The notes: generated from the sequence alone by a model not told the origin. 64,000 nucleotides of DNA from Candidatus Falkowbacteria bacterium RIFOXYC2_FULL_36_12 (GCA_001778235.1 MFGJ01000007.1:264331-328330); one strand, 5' to 3'; counted from the stretch's first letter, positions 1 to 8,991 are shown. Numbers and translations are program-made.

Positions 1-143
1 AATTTATTTTTCTTCAAAACTAAACCAACTGCCCTCGCTGACCTAGGATAACCTGATAAATCAGCGACTATTTTGTAAGTACTGACTTGGCCGATCGGAA
101 TGGCGCTTACAACTGCCAAAACTTGTTGTGCGAATTTCGTCAT
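1..143 (-). CDS. Methylated-DNA-protein-cysteine methyltransferase family DNA-binding domain protein, partial (3' end off-window)
   Basis: The reverse-complement translation from the ATG at 141-143 reads MTKFAQQVLAVVSAIPIGQVSTYKIVADLSGYPRSARAVGLVLKKNK... This resembles the Ogt/Ada C-terminal DNA-binding domain. The PCHRV active-site region would lie beyond position 1. Confidence 0.45.
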   Translation of the reverse strand, partial: MTKFAQQVLAVVSAIPIGQVSTYKIVADLSGYPRSARAVGLVLKKNK

Positions 144-194
144 ATATATTTCTAAATAAAAAACAGAACTTTAATGGCTCTATTTTTCTAGCAA

Positions 195-566
195 TTATCG
201 TGAGAAAAGAGATTTTATTATATCTGGGTCAACTGCACTGGTACTGCCATTTTTTAGATTTTCAATTTGGTCAAAAATTGCTTGATAAGAACCAAGGAAA
301 TTTTTTATAGCAGCCGGGAGATAAATTATGGCTAAAATTATCGGCAAAACGATTAAAGCAGTTTTTACAATATTCAAAACTTTTAACCACAAAATATATT
401 TCTGAATCTTCTCTGTATTAGCCAAATTCTTGCGGGTTAATTCAAGATTTTGACGGACTAATTGTTCTAAACGATTGAAGCCCTCCTGAGGCATAAAGAT
501 AAAATTTAAATGTAAATTAAAATCTGATGGTAAAATTTTTATCGAACTTTGCAGACCTTGAACCAA
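195..566 (-). CDS. hypothetical small membrane protein
   Basis: 123-aa ORF with a hydrophobic central segment (LIVLPIILAIIYLPAAI). It overlaps the 3' end of nrdG by 28 nt, so the true start may be the internal Met. No recognisable motifs. Confidence 0.3.
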   Translation of the reverse strand: MVQGLQSSIKILPSDFNLHLNFIFMPQEGFNRLEQLVRQNLELTRKNLANTEKIQKYILWLKVLNIVKTALIVLPIILAIIYLPAAIKNFLGSYQAIFDQIENLKNGSTSAVDPDIIKSLFSR

Positions 567-1234
567 CCTTTGATTTGACTGCGGATATCTTCCAATTCTT
601 TTTTACTATAAGTTTTTTTGTTGGTAAATTCTGGGTTGACTAAATTGGCAGCTGATTTGAATTGTTGGAGATGATAAGAGTCAGCGCCTTTGACCTGACG
701 AGCCATTTGAATAATATCAGCAGAAGAATGCAATTCAGGCAAAACTGTTGAACGAAATTCATGCGGAAGACCACTACTTGTTATTATTTTAGCACTTTGC
801 TGGATTTTCGCCAAATCAACTTTGCGACCAACGACTAATTCATACTTTGACCAAGGAGCTTTTATGTCCATAGCAAAGAAATCAACCAATCCTAACTCAA
901 TTAATTTTTGCAAAACCTCTGGTCCACTACCATTGGTATCCAGTTTTATGCTGTAACCGAGAGATTTTACTTCTTTTATAAAAGGAATCAAATCTTTTTG
1001 TAGCGTGGGTTCACCACCAGTGATACAAACAGCATCAATCAACTTGGTTCGAGCACGAAGAAAATTTAAAACTTTTTCCTCAAATTTCTGGTAAGCAGGA
1101 TTCTGCTTCAAGGTAACTAACTCTGGATTGTGACAAAAATGACAACGAAAACCACAACCGACCGTAAAGATGGTGGCGGCTATCTTCCCTGGATAATCAA
1201 TCAGGGTCATTTTTTGTAATCCGCCGATTAACAT
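539..1234 (-). CDS. nrdG: anaerobic ribonucleoside-triphosphate reductase activating protein (radical SAM)
   Basis: CGFRCHFCHN is a CxxxCxxC radical-SAM cluster motif. IDYPGK is the typical class III activase N-terminus. The gene lies next to nrdD. The start may be the Met 8 codons downstream (MTLIDYPGK). Confidence 0.85.
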   Translation of the reverse strand: MLIGGLQKMTLIDYPGKIAATIFTVGCGFRCHFCHNPELVTLKQNPAYQKFEEKVLNFLRARTKLIDAVCITGGEPTLQKDLIPFIKEVKSLGYSIKLDTNGSGPEVLQKLIELGLVDFFAMDIKAPWSKYELVVGRKVDLAKIQQSAKIITSSGLPHEFRSTVLPELHSSADIIQMARQVKGADSYHLQQFKSAANLVNPEFTNKKTYSKKELEDIRSQIKGWFKVCKVR

Positions 1235-1237
1235 ATA

Positions 1238-1330
1238 AGAATAAAGCGAGTAAAGCGAGTACAGCGAGAACAGCCCGCCTACGCTAAAGCTATGGCGGGT
1301 AAACGAGAACAGCGAGAACAGTTAGTGCTT
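1238..1330. repeat. 9-bp tandem array (consensus wAmAGCGAG, about 7 units) interrupted by a cccgcc..ggcggg palindrome
   Basis: The units taaagcgag / tacagcgag / aacagcgag are read directly. The array abuts the nrdG start codon within about 6 nt. An inserted hairpin cccgcctacgctaaagctatggcggg splits the array. Confidence 0.8.
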
Positions 1331-1408
1331 GTATTGCTCGGGCTGACTAAATTCCCCCGACTCTGAAGGTCGAGGGAATTTTATATTAAGAAATTCAGTT
1401 ATAAATTT

Positions 1409-1561
1409 TTATTCCTCACTTACAGTGAGCATTTGATTGAACTCTTGGCGGTCATTCCATTCGGCTTTTTTCCCTTTATTCCAACGATTTACCGGACTTA
1501 GGTAGCCGACTACTCTAGAATAAATTTCACATTTCTGTCGTTCTAGTTTTTTTGATGTCAT
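1409..1561 (-). CDS. stand-alone glycyl-radical domain of class III RNR (NrdD C-terminal module) as a 50-aa micro-ORF
   Basis: The hand translation is MTSKKLERQKCEIYSRVVGYLSPVNRWNKGKKAEWNDRQEFNQMLTVSEE. RVVGY plus N-GK--E---R matches the NrdD glycyl-radical motif (RVCGYLG...NAGKQEE..R). A strong SD (GGAGGGAGG) lies 8 nt upstream of the ATG. The ORF sits between nrdD and nrdG and is not in the ORF track because it is under 60 aa. Confidence 0.6.
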   Translation of the reverse strand: MTSKKLERQKCEIYSRVVGYLSPVNRWNKGKKAEWNDRQEFNQMLTVSEE

Positions 1562-1687
1562 AATATTACGACCTCCCTCCAAGAATAACCTCTTGTTATA
1601 AATTTTTGGGATTTTTATTTTTATTTATTAGTACCTATATTTTATAACTTTTTTTACATTATGTTAAACCAATATTTATCCACAAAA

Positions 1688-3751
1688 TTAGTTTTCTGAA
1701 GCTTTAGCCAAAACATCCGAGCCAGCCTCAATATAACCCATTTCCTCATCACAACGAGGACAATATTCATGCTCGCCAGAGATATAACCATGAACCGGGC
1801 AAATACTAAATGTTGGAGTTATGGTGAAGTATGGCAGACGAAAATTTTCAGCAATTTTCTTGACCAAAGATTTTGTTGAGCCAATTGATGGCATTTTTTC
1901 TCCAACAAAACCATGAAGAACCGTACCGCCTGTATAACGAGTTTGCAAATCATCCTGAAGTCGAAGAGCTTCAAAAATATCATCGGTATAGCCAACTGGA
2001 AGCTGGGAAGAATTGGTATAATAAGGATCAGCTCCTTTTTCAACATAATCTTTTTCATTGGCAACAATAATCTCTGGGTATTTGCTTTTATCAATCTTGG
2101 CAAAACGATATGAAGTACCTTCGGCAGGAGTAGCTTCGAGATTAAACAACTGATTGGTTTCATTTTGGTAATCCATAAGTCTCTCTCGCATAAAATCAAG
2201 GGTCTGACGAGCGAATTTATGACCTTCAACAGTGGTGATATCTTGACCGAGTAAATTAATTGAAGCTTCATTCATACCATTGAGACCAATAGTATTGAAA
2301 TGGTTTTTCCAATATTCACCAAATCTTTCATGGATTGTGCTTAAATAAAATTTACTATAAGGATACAAACCACCTTTGGTGAATTCTTCAAGCGCTTTTC
2401 GCTTTATTTCAAGACTTTGTTTGGCTAAATCCATTAATTCAGCGATACGAGCAAAATATTCTTCTTTATCTTTGGCAATAAAGCCGATCCTTGGCAAATT
2501 AATTGTGACAACACCAATTGAACCGGTCAAAGGATTTGCGCCAAAGAGTCCGCCGCCACGCTTTCTAAGTTCTCGGTTGTCCAAACGCAAACGACAACAC
2601 ATACTACGAGCATCGTCTGGACTCATATCTGAATTTATAAAATTTGAAAAATATGGAATACCGTATTTGGCAGTCATGCCCATAATCTGATCAATAATCG
2701 GATTGTCCCAATCCCAGGTGCTGGTTACATTGTAAGTTGGAATCGGCCAGCTAAGTACACGGCCACTTTTGTCACCTTCGGTCATGACTTCAATAAAGGC
2801 CTTGTTGAACATATCCATTTCTTGTTGATATTCACCGTACTTTTCCTTTTGCGGTTGGCCTCCAATAATTACTGATTCATTGGCCAATATACTTGGGACA
2901 AAAAGATCAAGCGTAACATTGGTAAAAGGTGTTTGAAAACCGACTCTAGTAGGAACATTAATATTATACAAAAACATCTGTACCTGCTGTTTTACACTTT
3001 CAAAATCCAACTTATCATAACGGATAAACGGCGCAACTAAAGTATCAAGCGAGGAAACTGCTTGGGCACCGGCTGCCTCACCCTGAAGGGTATAAAAGAA
3101 ATTTACCAATTGGCTCAAGGCAGTAGCAAAATGCTTTGGTGGTTTACTCTGGACTTTACCCTGAACACCACCAAAACCACGAAGCAAAATATCCTTGAAA
3201 TCCCAGCCACAACAGTATGGTGCAAGTAGTTGTAAATCATGGATATGAAAATCACCGCTAACATGTGTATCTTTTATATTTGGTGGATAAACTTTGTTGA
3301 GCCAATAATGTGAACTGACTGTGGAGGCAACATAGTTATTTAATCCCTGTAAAGAATAATCCATGTTGGAATTTTCTTTTACCCGCCAATCATTTAATTT
3401 CAAATAATCTTCCATCAGCTGATCAGAATTGATCATGGCATCTAAATCACGAATTTTTGCATGCTGGTCGCGATAAATGATATAAGCTTTGGCTGCCTGA
3501 ATAAATTTTTGTTCAATTAGACAGTTTTCAACCATGTCTTGAATTTCTTCAACTGCTGGGATTGTTCGTTCATGAAACTTTTCATTTATCCTTTTCATGA
3601 CAATGTCTGAAATGTTCTCTGCGTCTTCTTGGGTCCCAGTCTCGGTAGCTTGCAAGGCCTTGAAAATAGCTTTGGTTATTTTTTCCTGTTCAAAATCCAC
3701 AATACGGCCATCGCGCTTGCGAATTTGGATGATTTTGTTTCCTGCGTACAT
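1688..3751 (-). CDS. nrdD: anaerobic ribonucleoside-triphosphate reductase, large subunit lacking the glycyl-radical tail
   Basis: 687 aa with an ATP-cone-like N-terminus. The C-terminal Zn ribbon is CPVHGY...CPRC. The protein ends right after the Zn ribbon without the RVxGY glycyl-radical motif. Confidence 0.9.
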   Translation of the reverse strand: MYAGNKIIQIRKRDGRIVDFEQEKITKAIFKALQATETGTQEDAENISDIVMKRINEKFHERTIPAVEEIQDMVENCLIEQKFIQAAKAYIIYRDQHAKIRDLDAMINSDQLMEDYLKLNDWRVKENSNMDYSLQGLNNYVASTVSSHYWLNKVYPPNIKDTHVSGDFHIHDLQLLAPYCCGWDFKDILLRGFGGVQGKVQSKPPKHFATALSQLVNFFYTLQGEAAGAQAVSSLDTLVAPFIRYDKLDFESVKQQVQMFLYNINVPTRVGFQTPFTNVTLDLFVPSILANESVIIGGQPQKEKYGEYQQEMDMFNKAFIEVMTEGDKSGRVLSWPIPTYNVTSTWDWDNPIIDQIMGMTAKYGIPYFSNFINSDMSPDDARSMCCRLRLDNRELRKRGGGLFGANPLTGSIGVVTINLPRIGFIAKDKEEYFARIAELMDLAKQSLEIKRKALEEFTKGGLYPYSKFYLSTIHERFGEYWKNHFNTIGLNGMNEASINLLGQDITTVEGHKFARQTLDFMRERLMDYQNETNQLFNLEATPAEGTSYRFAKIDKSKYPEIIVANEKDYVEKGADPYYTNSSQLPVGYTDDIFEALRLQDDLQTRYTGGTVLHGFVGEKMPSIGSTKSLVKKIAENFRLPYFTITPTFSICPVHGYISGEHEYCPRCDEEMGYIEAGSDVLAKASEN

Positions 3752-3836
3752 AGGGAAAGATATTAGTTAATAGTTGAGAGTTGTGTGTTGAAAGTTGAAA
3801 GATTATAGATTAGAGAATGGGGATGCGAAAATGGAG

Positions 3837-4349
3837 CTAATTGTTTTTGTTGATTTTAGCCAACTCTGATTCAAACTCTTCAGCATCTTTGAAAGATTTA
3901 TAAACTGAAGCAAAACGGATATAAGCGACCTGATCGACTCTTTTCAATTGCTCCATGGCAATCTCACCAATTCTTTGGCTGGAAATTTCAGAGTTGTTTT
4001 TGTTTTTTTTAACTTCAATTTGAATTTCTCTTTCAATATTATTAATCAGTTTTTTTATTTCATTGTCCATGATTGATCTTTTCTCAAGAGAACGGCAAAT
4101 ACCTTTTTCTAATTTAGCTCTAGAATATGCTTCTCTTTGTCCGCTTCTTTTTCTAACCATGAGATCAAGCAACTCAACTGCTTCATAAGTTGAAAAACGA
4201 AAACCGCACTTGCAACATTCACGACGACGACGAATAGCTAGATCATCTGAAGCAGAACGAGAATCAAGTACCTTTGTCTCTGGATTGTAACAAACTGGAC
4301 ACTTCATGGGATTAACTATATTTAGTATATTCAATAACAATTTTACCAC
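3837..4349 (-). CDS. nrdR: transcriptional repressor NrdR
   Basis: N-terminal Zn ribbon MKCPVC...CCKCG followed by an ATP-cone. It lies immediately upstream of nrdD. Confidence 0.9.
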   Translation of the reverse strand: MVKLLLNILNIVNPMKCPVCYNPETKVLDSRSASDDLAIRRRRECCKCGFRFSTYEAVELLDLMVRKRSGQREAYSRAKLEKGICRSLEKRSIMDNEIKKLINNIEREIQIEVKKNKNNSEISSQRIGEIAMEQLKRVDQVAYIRFASVYKSFKDAEEFESELAKINKNN

Positions 4350-4439
4350 AATATGTGCTTTACTCCAAAGTTTAAATACTTTTATAAAAATGATGTTAAA
4401 CTAAAATAAATATTTGTGTCGGGAAATATAAAGTGATTG

Positions 4440-4930
4440 TTATCCACAGAATTTTGTTGTAGTATTTTTGGTTAGTAAAATTATTGTTTCAGCAAAGCTG
4501 TTACTTTTTGACATCCTGCCTACCCTGCCTACCCTGCCTACCGGCAGGCAGGTGGCAGGCAGGCCCCGAGGCTTACCGTGTTCGTGGGGTTGTTGTATTG
4601 CTAAAGTAAGTTTTTTGAGATTGTGTGATTCTTTCGCTTTGCGAGCTACTTTTGACACCAAAAGTAGCCAAAAGTGCTGGGGGGATTCAATGCGAATTGC
4701 ATTGTTCATCCCTAGTGCATTGATTACCCGCAGAATCCCCCCAGACCCCTATGCTTGGCATATTTGTGGGATTTGATATTAAAGTTAGTGATTGGTTTTG
4801 CTAAAGCACGCCCCAGACCTGCCTTCATCAAGATTACGGCAGGCAAGCCCCGAGGAATATCATTCTTGATATTTTTGGATTTGGAGATTTGGCATAAGTG
4901 AATGGGCACAAGTTTTTTAAAAAACAAAAA
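4440..4930. repeat. about 500-bp non-coding region dense in perfect hairpins and dispersed-repeat copies
   Basis: (cctaccctg)x3 followed by ggcaggcagg. A 10-bp stem gctacttttg/caaaagtagc. A 10-bp stem ggggggattc/gaatcccccc enclosing aatgc-gaatt-gcatt. A 41-bp family-A element at 4811-4851. The track ORFs here are low-complexity and repeat-encoded. Confidence 0.6.
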
Positions 4931-4950
4931 ACTGAGAAATATTATCCCAG

Positions 4951-5772
4951 TTAGATTAGAATTAGAGGAGCGATTTCTGCTCGATCAAGAATTTGAATGT
5001 TGCCATTATCAAAGGTATAGGCTACATGAACTCTGTTATCTGAACCAGGTACAGGGTTTGGAGAACTTTGGGTAATGACATCTTTTCTTTCATAAACAAT
5101 TTCCCAGCTATTTTTGATAGCCATTTGATACAAAACAGCATTAGGATTAAAGCAAATTGACAGACCAATACATGAGGCGCCAAGCATAGCTCTATCACTT
5201 TCAGTATCACCCACTGCCCAAATATTGCACTTTGGAATTTTATCTTCAGAATTAATTTCAGCTAGAACTCGTGTAACAAAATCAGCTTTACGAGAATTGA
5301 AGACTACATCCCTTACTCCTGAATAAAAACCATCTTTTACTTCCATAGTGGTACCATAGGCTCTATTTGCTCCCCACTTATCGGCAAACAATTTCACTGC
5401 ATACTCTGGTGAGGCACTAATAAAACAAATGTACCACCCAGCAGCTTGTTTACGCTGAAGCAATTCACGAGTAAAGCGATAAACCCGATTGTGGTACTTT
5501 TCTACCACTTGACCAAGAACAGCTTCAACCGCTGACTGATTCAATCCCTTAAGATTGCTTTCAAGCAATTGGATAGCATAGCTAAGATAGTTATCAAAAG
5601 TATCCTGACGGTTTTCCCAGAGTTTACGATAGTTATCAAGAACATGACGATATTTATCATTCAGAATGCCAGTATTTAGCATGGCATAAACCCAATCGAG
5701 GAAAATCTGCCAACGATAGAGTGTACCATCGATATCAAAGAAAATCACTCCCTTGTATTGAGATTTTCTCAT
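4951..5772 (-). CDS. HAD-superfamily hydrolase
   Basis: The N-terminal FFDIDGTL is a DxDxT motif. 273 aa. Confidence 0.5.
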   Translation of the reverse strand: MRKSQYKGVIFFDIDGTLYRWQIFLDWVYAMLNTGILNDKYRHVLDNYRKLWENRQDTFDNYLSYAIQLLESNLKGLNQSAVEAVLGQVVEKYHNRVYRFTRELLQRKQAAGWYICFISASPEYAVKLFADKWGANRAYGTTMEVKDGFYSGVRDVVFNSRKADFVTRVLAEINSEDKIPKCNIWAVGDTESDRAMLGASCIGLSICFNPNAVLYQMAIKNSWEIVYERKDVITQSSPNPVPGSDNRVHVAYTFDNGNIQILDRAEIAPLILI

Positions 5773-5936
5773 GCTTTCCGCCCCCTGTCGGTCGTCTGTT
5801 TTTCAGAAAGGAACTATGGATACTACTCAACTTGCGAAATCATTTTTAGGATAAAATTGACTGATTCAGAAATACTGATTTTGGGGACGATGAATATATT
5901 TCTTAGCATAGATAAGTAATTTTGTCAAAGCAAAAC

Positions 5937-5960
5937 CAGCGAACTGCTTCGCTGATTTTT
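5937..5960. terminator. hairpin with T-runs downstream of ftsZ
   Basis: cagcgaa-ctgc-ttcgctg, flanked by A/T runs. Confidence 0.4.
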
Positions 5961-5985
5961 ATTTTTAATTTTACTATAATCTTTC

Positions 5986-7215
5986 TCACATCATTTTCTT
6001 CCGAATAAATGCGGGGATATCCAATTCATCATCATCAGAATCTGTGCTCTCTGGTTCACGCTGAATAGGTTTAGCAGATGGTCGAACTTGACTAGGCTCG
6101 CGCATTGAGCGAGAAGAAGAAACCGGAACTTCGCTAATAGCTGGTGCAGAAAAAGGATTATTGGTAACATCATCATCATGTTTGACATCATCGTCTTCGG
6201 GCCTTGCTTGGAAATAATTTACGGGTTCGTGATTTACCTTTAATAAATTGTCTTTGGTAATTTTCTCATCAAAACCTGTGGCAACAACTGTAATTTTTAT
6301 ATTATCTTTTAATTTTTCATCGTTGACTGCACCAAAAATAATCTTGGCATCTGGATCAACTGATTCAGTAATTATTTTGGCAGCTTCACTAACTTCATAC
6401 ATGGTTAGATTTTCACCACCTGCGATTGTAAACAATATTCCTTTTGCGCCTTCAACGGAAATTTCAAGTAGTGGACTAGAAACGGCTGCCTTAGCGGCTT
6501 CAATCGCGCGATTATCGCCAGATGCTATCCCCATACCCATAAGCGCTGAACCACTAGATTTCATGATTGCTCGCACATCGGCAAAATCGACATTAATCAA
6601 ACCCGGTAAAGTAATCAACTCGGAAATACCCTGGACCCCCTGACGCAATACTTCATCAACAACTCTAAAGGCTTCAATAAGTGGGGTTTTTTTATCAATA
6701 ATCTGCCAGATTCGATCATTTGGAATTGTTATCAGGGTATCAACCTTGCTACTAAGATCTTTCAACCCCTCTTCGGCAATACGCCGTCTTGGACCACCCT
6801 CAAAAGAAAATGGTTTGGTAACAACGGCAATAGTTAAAATACCCATTTCGCGTGAAATTTCAGCAATAACAGGAGAAACTCCAGTACCTGTGCCTCCACC
6901 CAAACCACAAGTAATGAAAAGTAAATCCGTACCTTTTAGCATTTCCCTGATTTCATTTTGAGACTCTTCAGCTGATTTTCGGCCAAGTGATGGATCCATA
7001 CCTGCGCCCAAACCGCGTGTAGTAGTGCGACCAACATGAATTTTCTGTTGAGCCAGACTGTTTTGCAGGGCCTGGAGATCAGTATTGACAGCGATATACT
7101 CAACACCCTTGACCTCTGATGCGATCATACGATTTATTGCCGCTCCCCCTCCACCACCGACACCAACTACTTTTATTTTGGCAAAGGTTTCTATTTCCGG
7201 TTTAAATTCTGGCAT
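5986..7215 (-). CDS. ftsZ: cell division protein FtsZ
   Basis: GGGTGTG tubulin signature. The N-terminus is VGVGGGGGAAINRM. The acidic C-terminal tail ends DIPAFIRKK. Confidence 0.95.
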   Translation of the reverse strand: MPEFKPEIETFAKIKVVGVGGGGGAAINRMIASEVKGVEYIAVNTDLQALQNSLAQQKIHVGRTTTRGLGAGMDPSLGRKSAEESQNEIREMLKGTDLLFITCGLGGGTGTGVSPVIAEISREMGILTIAVVTKPFSFEGGPRRRIAEEGLKDLSSKVDTLITIPNDRIWQIIDKKTPLIEAFRVVDEVLRQGVQGISELITLPGLINVDFADVRAIMKSSGSALMGMGIASGDNRAIEAAKAAVSSPLLEISVEGAKGILFTIAGGENLTMYEVSEAAKIITESVDPDAKIIFGAVNDEKLKDNIKITVVATGFDEKITKDNLLKVNHEPVNYFQARPEDDDVKHDDDVTNNPFSAPAISEVPVSSSRSMREPSQVRPSAKPIQREPESTDSDDDELDIPAFIRKKMM

Positions 7216-7272
7216 ATTATTTGATTAAGATTAAAACCCCTCCGCCTAAATTATGTAATTTTATAAATTTTA

Positions 7273-8523
7273 TTATGAAATTAAAGATTTGAACCATTTT
7301 TTTGCTCCAGAAACAACATCTTTCATTGAACTAAGTTTTCCGCTAAGATCAAATTTGCTCTTACCTTTTTGGTCAAGCATTTGGTAACCCCAGAGGACTA
7401 AACCAAGCGGATTGACAAAGGAAACATCATTGACCTTATCTATGGCTGTTTGGAAACTTTGAACGCTGCCAACTGAAACAGGCAACATTGTTTTTCTCTT
7501 GGCAATTTCATTAATTCCTTTTAATTTTGCGCCACCGCCAACTAGAACTATTCCAGCCGGCAATAACCCTGCTCGACCAATTTTCTGTAACTCATTATCA
7601 ATTTTCTCAAAAATTTCTTCTGCCCGCGCCATTATTATCTCGGTAATATATCTTCTGCTAAATTTTTGGTCGTCACCACCTAAATCTTTTAAATTTATTT
7701 CATCTGTTTTTTCTATCCCATCAAAATTTGCCTGACCAAATTCCAGTTTGACTCTCTCGGCAACTTCAACTGATGTCTGCAAACCAATAGCCAAATCAGC
7801 TGTAATGTGATCAGAGCCAATGGGAAGAACTATAGAATGGATAACATCACCTTCTTCAAAAACCAATAAGTTGGAGGTGGAAGCGCCAATATCTACCAAA
7901 GCTACACCTAATTCTTTTTGTCGAACTGACAAAACTGCTTCTGAAGCGGCGAGCATTGATAAAACTAAATCATTTATATCCAAACCTGTACGATAAACAC
8001 ACTTGGTTAAATTTTTAATCTGGGAACTAAGGCCTCGGATAACTTGGGTTGTAACTTCAAGGCGTATCCCGGTCATGCCGATAGGATCCTTTATTCCAGC
8101 CTGACTATCAACAGAAAATGTTTTTGGTATTACATGAAGAACCTCATGATTTACTGGTGCAGCAACTGAACGAGCGGCATCGATTACACGCTCAATATCA
8201 TCTTCCTGAATTTCACCATTGGTTCGTGAAATAGCAATCACGCCATTGCTTTCCTGCGATGAAATATGAGTACCACCAATACTCACCCAGACATTTTCAA
8301 TTGGCAAACCAATCATTCGTTCAGCTTTTTCAAGACAAGTGGAAATACTGGAAACAGCGTCCTCAATGCTAACAATAGAACCCTTACTTATGCCTGCAGA
8401 GGGAACTTCAACTACGCCAATTATATTCAATTGTTGATTTTCCTGGCCACGCGCATATTGTCCTATGACAATTCTAATATTAGCAGAACCAATATCCAAG
8501 CCAGCGATTATTTCGTCAGACAT
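7273..8523 (-). CDS. ftsA: cell division protein FtsA
   Basis: Actin-like ATPase with N-terminal GLDIGSANIRIVIGQ. It sits directly upstream of ftsZ. Confidence 0.9.
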   Translation of the reverse strand: MSDEIIAGLDIGSANIRIVIGQYARGQENQQLNIIGVVEVPSAGISKGSIVSIEDAVSSISTCLEKAERMIGLPIENVWVSIGGTHISSQESNGVIAISRTNGEIQEDDIERVIDAARSVAAPVNHEVLHVIPKTFSVDSQAGIKDPIGMTGIRLEVTTQVIRGLSSQIKNLTKCVYRTGLDINDLVLSMLAASEAVLSVRQKELGVALVDIGASTSNLLVFEEGDVIHSIVLPIGSDHITADLAIGLQTSVEVAERVKLEFGQANFDGIEKTDEINLKDLGGDDQKFSRRYITEIIMARAEEIFEKIDNELQKIGRAGLLPAGIVLVGGGAKLKGINEIAKRKTMLPVSVGSVQSFQTAIDKVNDVSFVNPLGLVLWGYQMLDQKGKSKFDLSGKLSSMKDVVSGAKKWFKSLIS

Positions 8524-8620
8524 AATTTTACAAACTAGTTTGTGTATTAATAATTATAATGGAAAACTCAATATTTATAAAGGCTGATGAACACTTTTTT
8601 AATTCAGCAGCTAATTATTT

Positions 8621-8983
8621 TTAAAATAATGCAATTATTCTCGGCAAGAAAATCAAAAGACCTATAATTAGTGCTGAAAATGCGGTAATTAGAACAACTG
8701 AAGAAGTGATGTTTTTTATATCGTGAGCGTACAAATGAACTCTTGGTTTCAACATATCCACAAGCCGTTCAAAAACCGTATTCAGCATTTCCAAAACCAG
8801 AACAAATAATATGAGGAGTATTATGATAATCCACTCCCAGACTTTAAGTTCAAAGATAAAGCCCGAAATAATAATTGCTAAAGCAATCAGAAGCTGAATC
8901 CGGAAATTTTGTTCACTGCGGAAAACTGTGTAAAAGCCTTTGAAGGCAAATTTGAAGCTTTTTAACAAGCGATTTAGTTGCAT
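8621..8983 (-). CDS. dgkA: diacylglycerol/undecaprenol kinase family (DgkA-like)
   Basis: 120 aa with 3 TM helices. FRSEQNFRIQ and LEMLNTVFERLVD match DgkA motifs (E..NTA.E). Confidence 0.6.
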   Translation of the reverse strand: MQLNRLLKSFKFAFKGFYTVFRSEQNFRIQLLIALAIIISGFIFELKVWEWIIIILLILFVLVLEMLNTVFERLVDMLKPRVHLYAHDIKNITSSVVLITAFSALIIGLLIFLPRIIALF

Positions 8984-8991
8984 AAAAAAAT

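Noticed and set aside
1562-1687. Possibility that the 50-aa glycyl-radical ORF is the nrdD C-terminus separated by a single sequencing error (it is in the same frame as nrdD).
   Set aside because: I translated the 126-nt gap in the nrdD frame and found several stop codons. The small ORF has its own strong SD. A true split is therefore more likely, though an assembly error cannot be excluded without reads.
1819-2271. Shadow ORFs inside large genes, for example 1819..2271(-) in nrdD, 11726-18340 in the giant gene, 6248..6643(+) in ftsZ, 31708..32127(-) in topA and 36196-36728 in the second RSH gene.
   Set aside because: They overlap confidently assigned genes on the other strand or in another frame, and none has a recognisable motif.
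3752-3836. NrdR boxes upstream of nrdD and nrdR.
   Set aside because: I looked for the 16-bp acaCwAtATaTwGtgt palindrome. I found only weak CACATATTGTG and ACTAAATATAGT half-site-like strings near 4365-4410 and a (agttgaaag)x2 tandem at 3790-3810. These are not convincing enough to annotate.
4440-4927. Track ORFs 4440..4709(-), 4468..4776(+) and 4724..4927(-).
   Set aside because: They are encoded by the (cctaccctg)n, ggcaggcagg and dispersed-repeat sequences. They mutually overlap, have no RBS and are low complexity.
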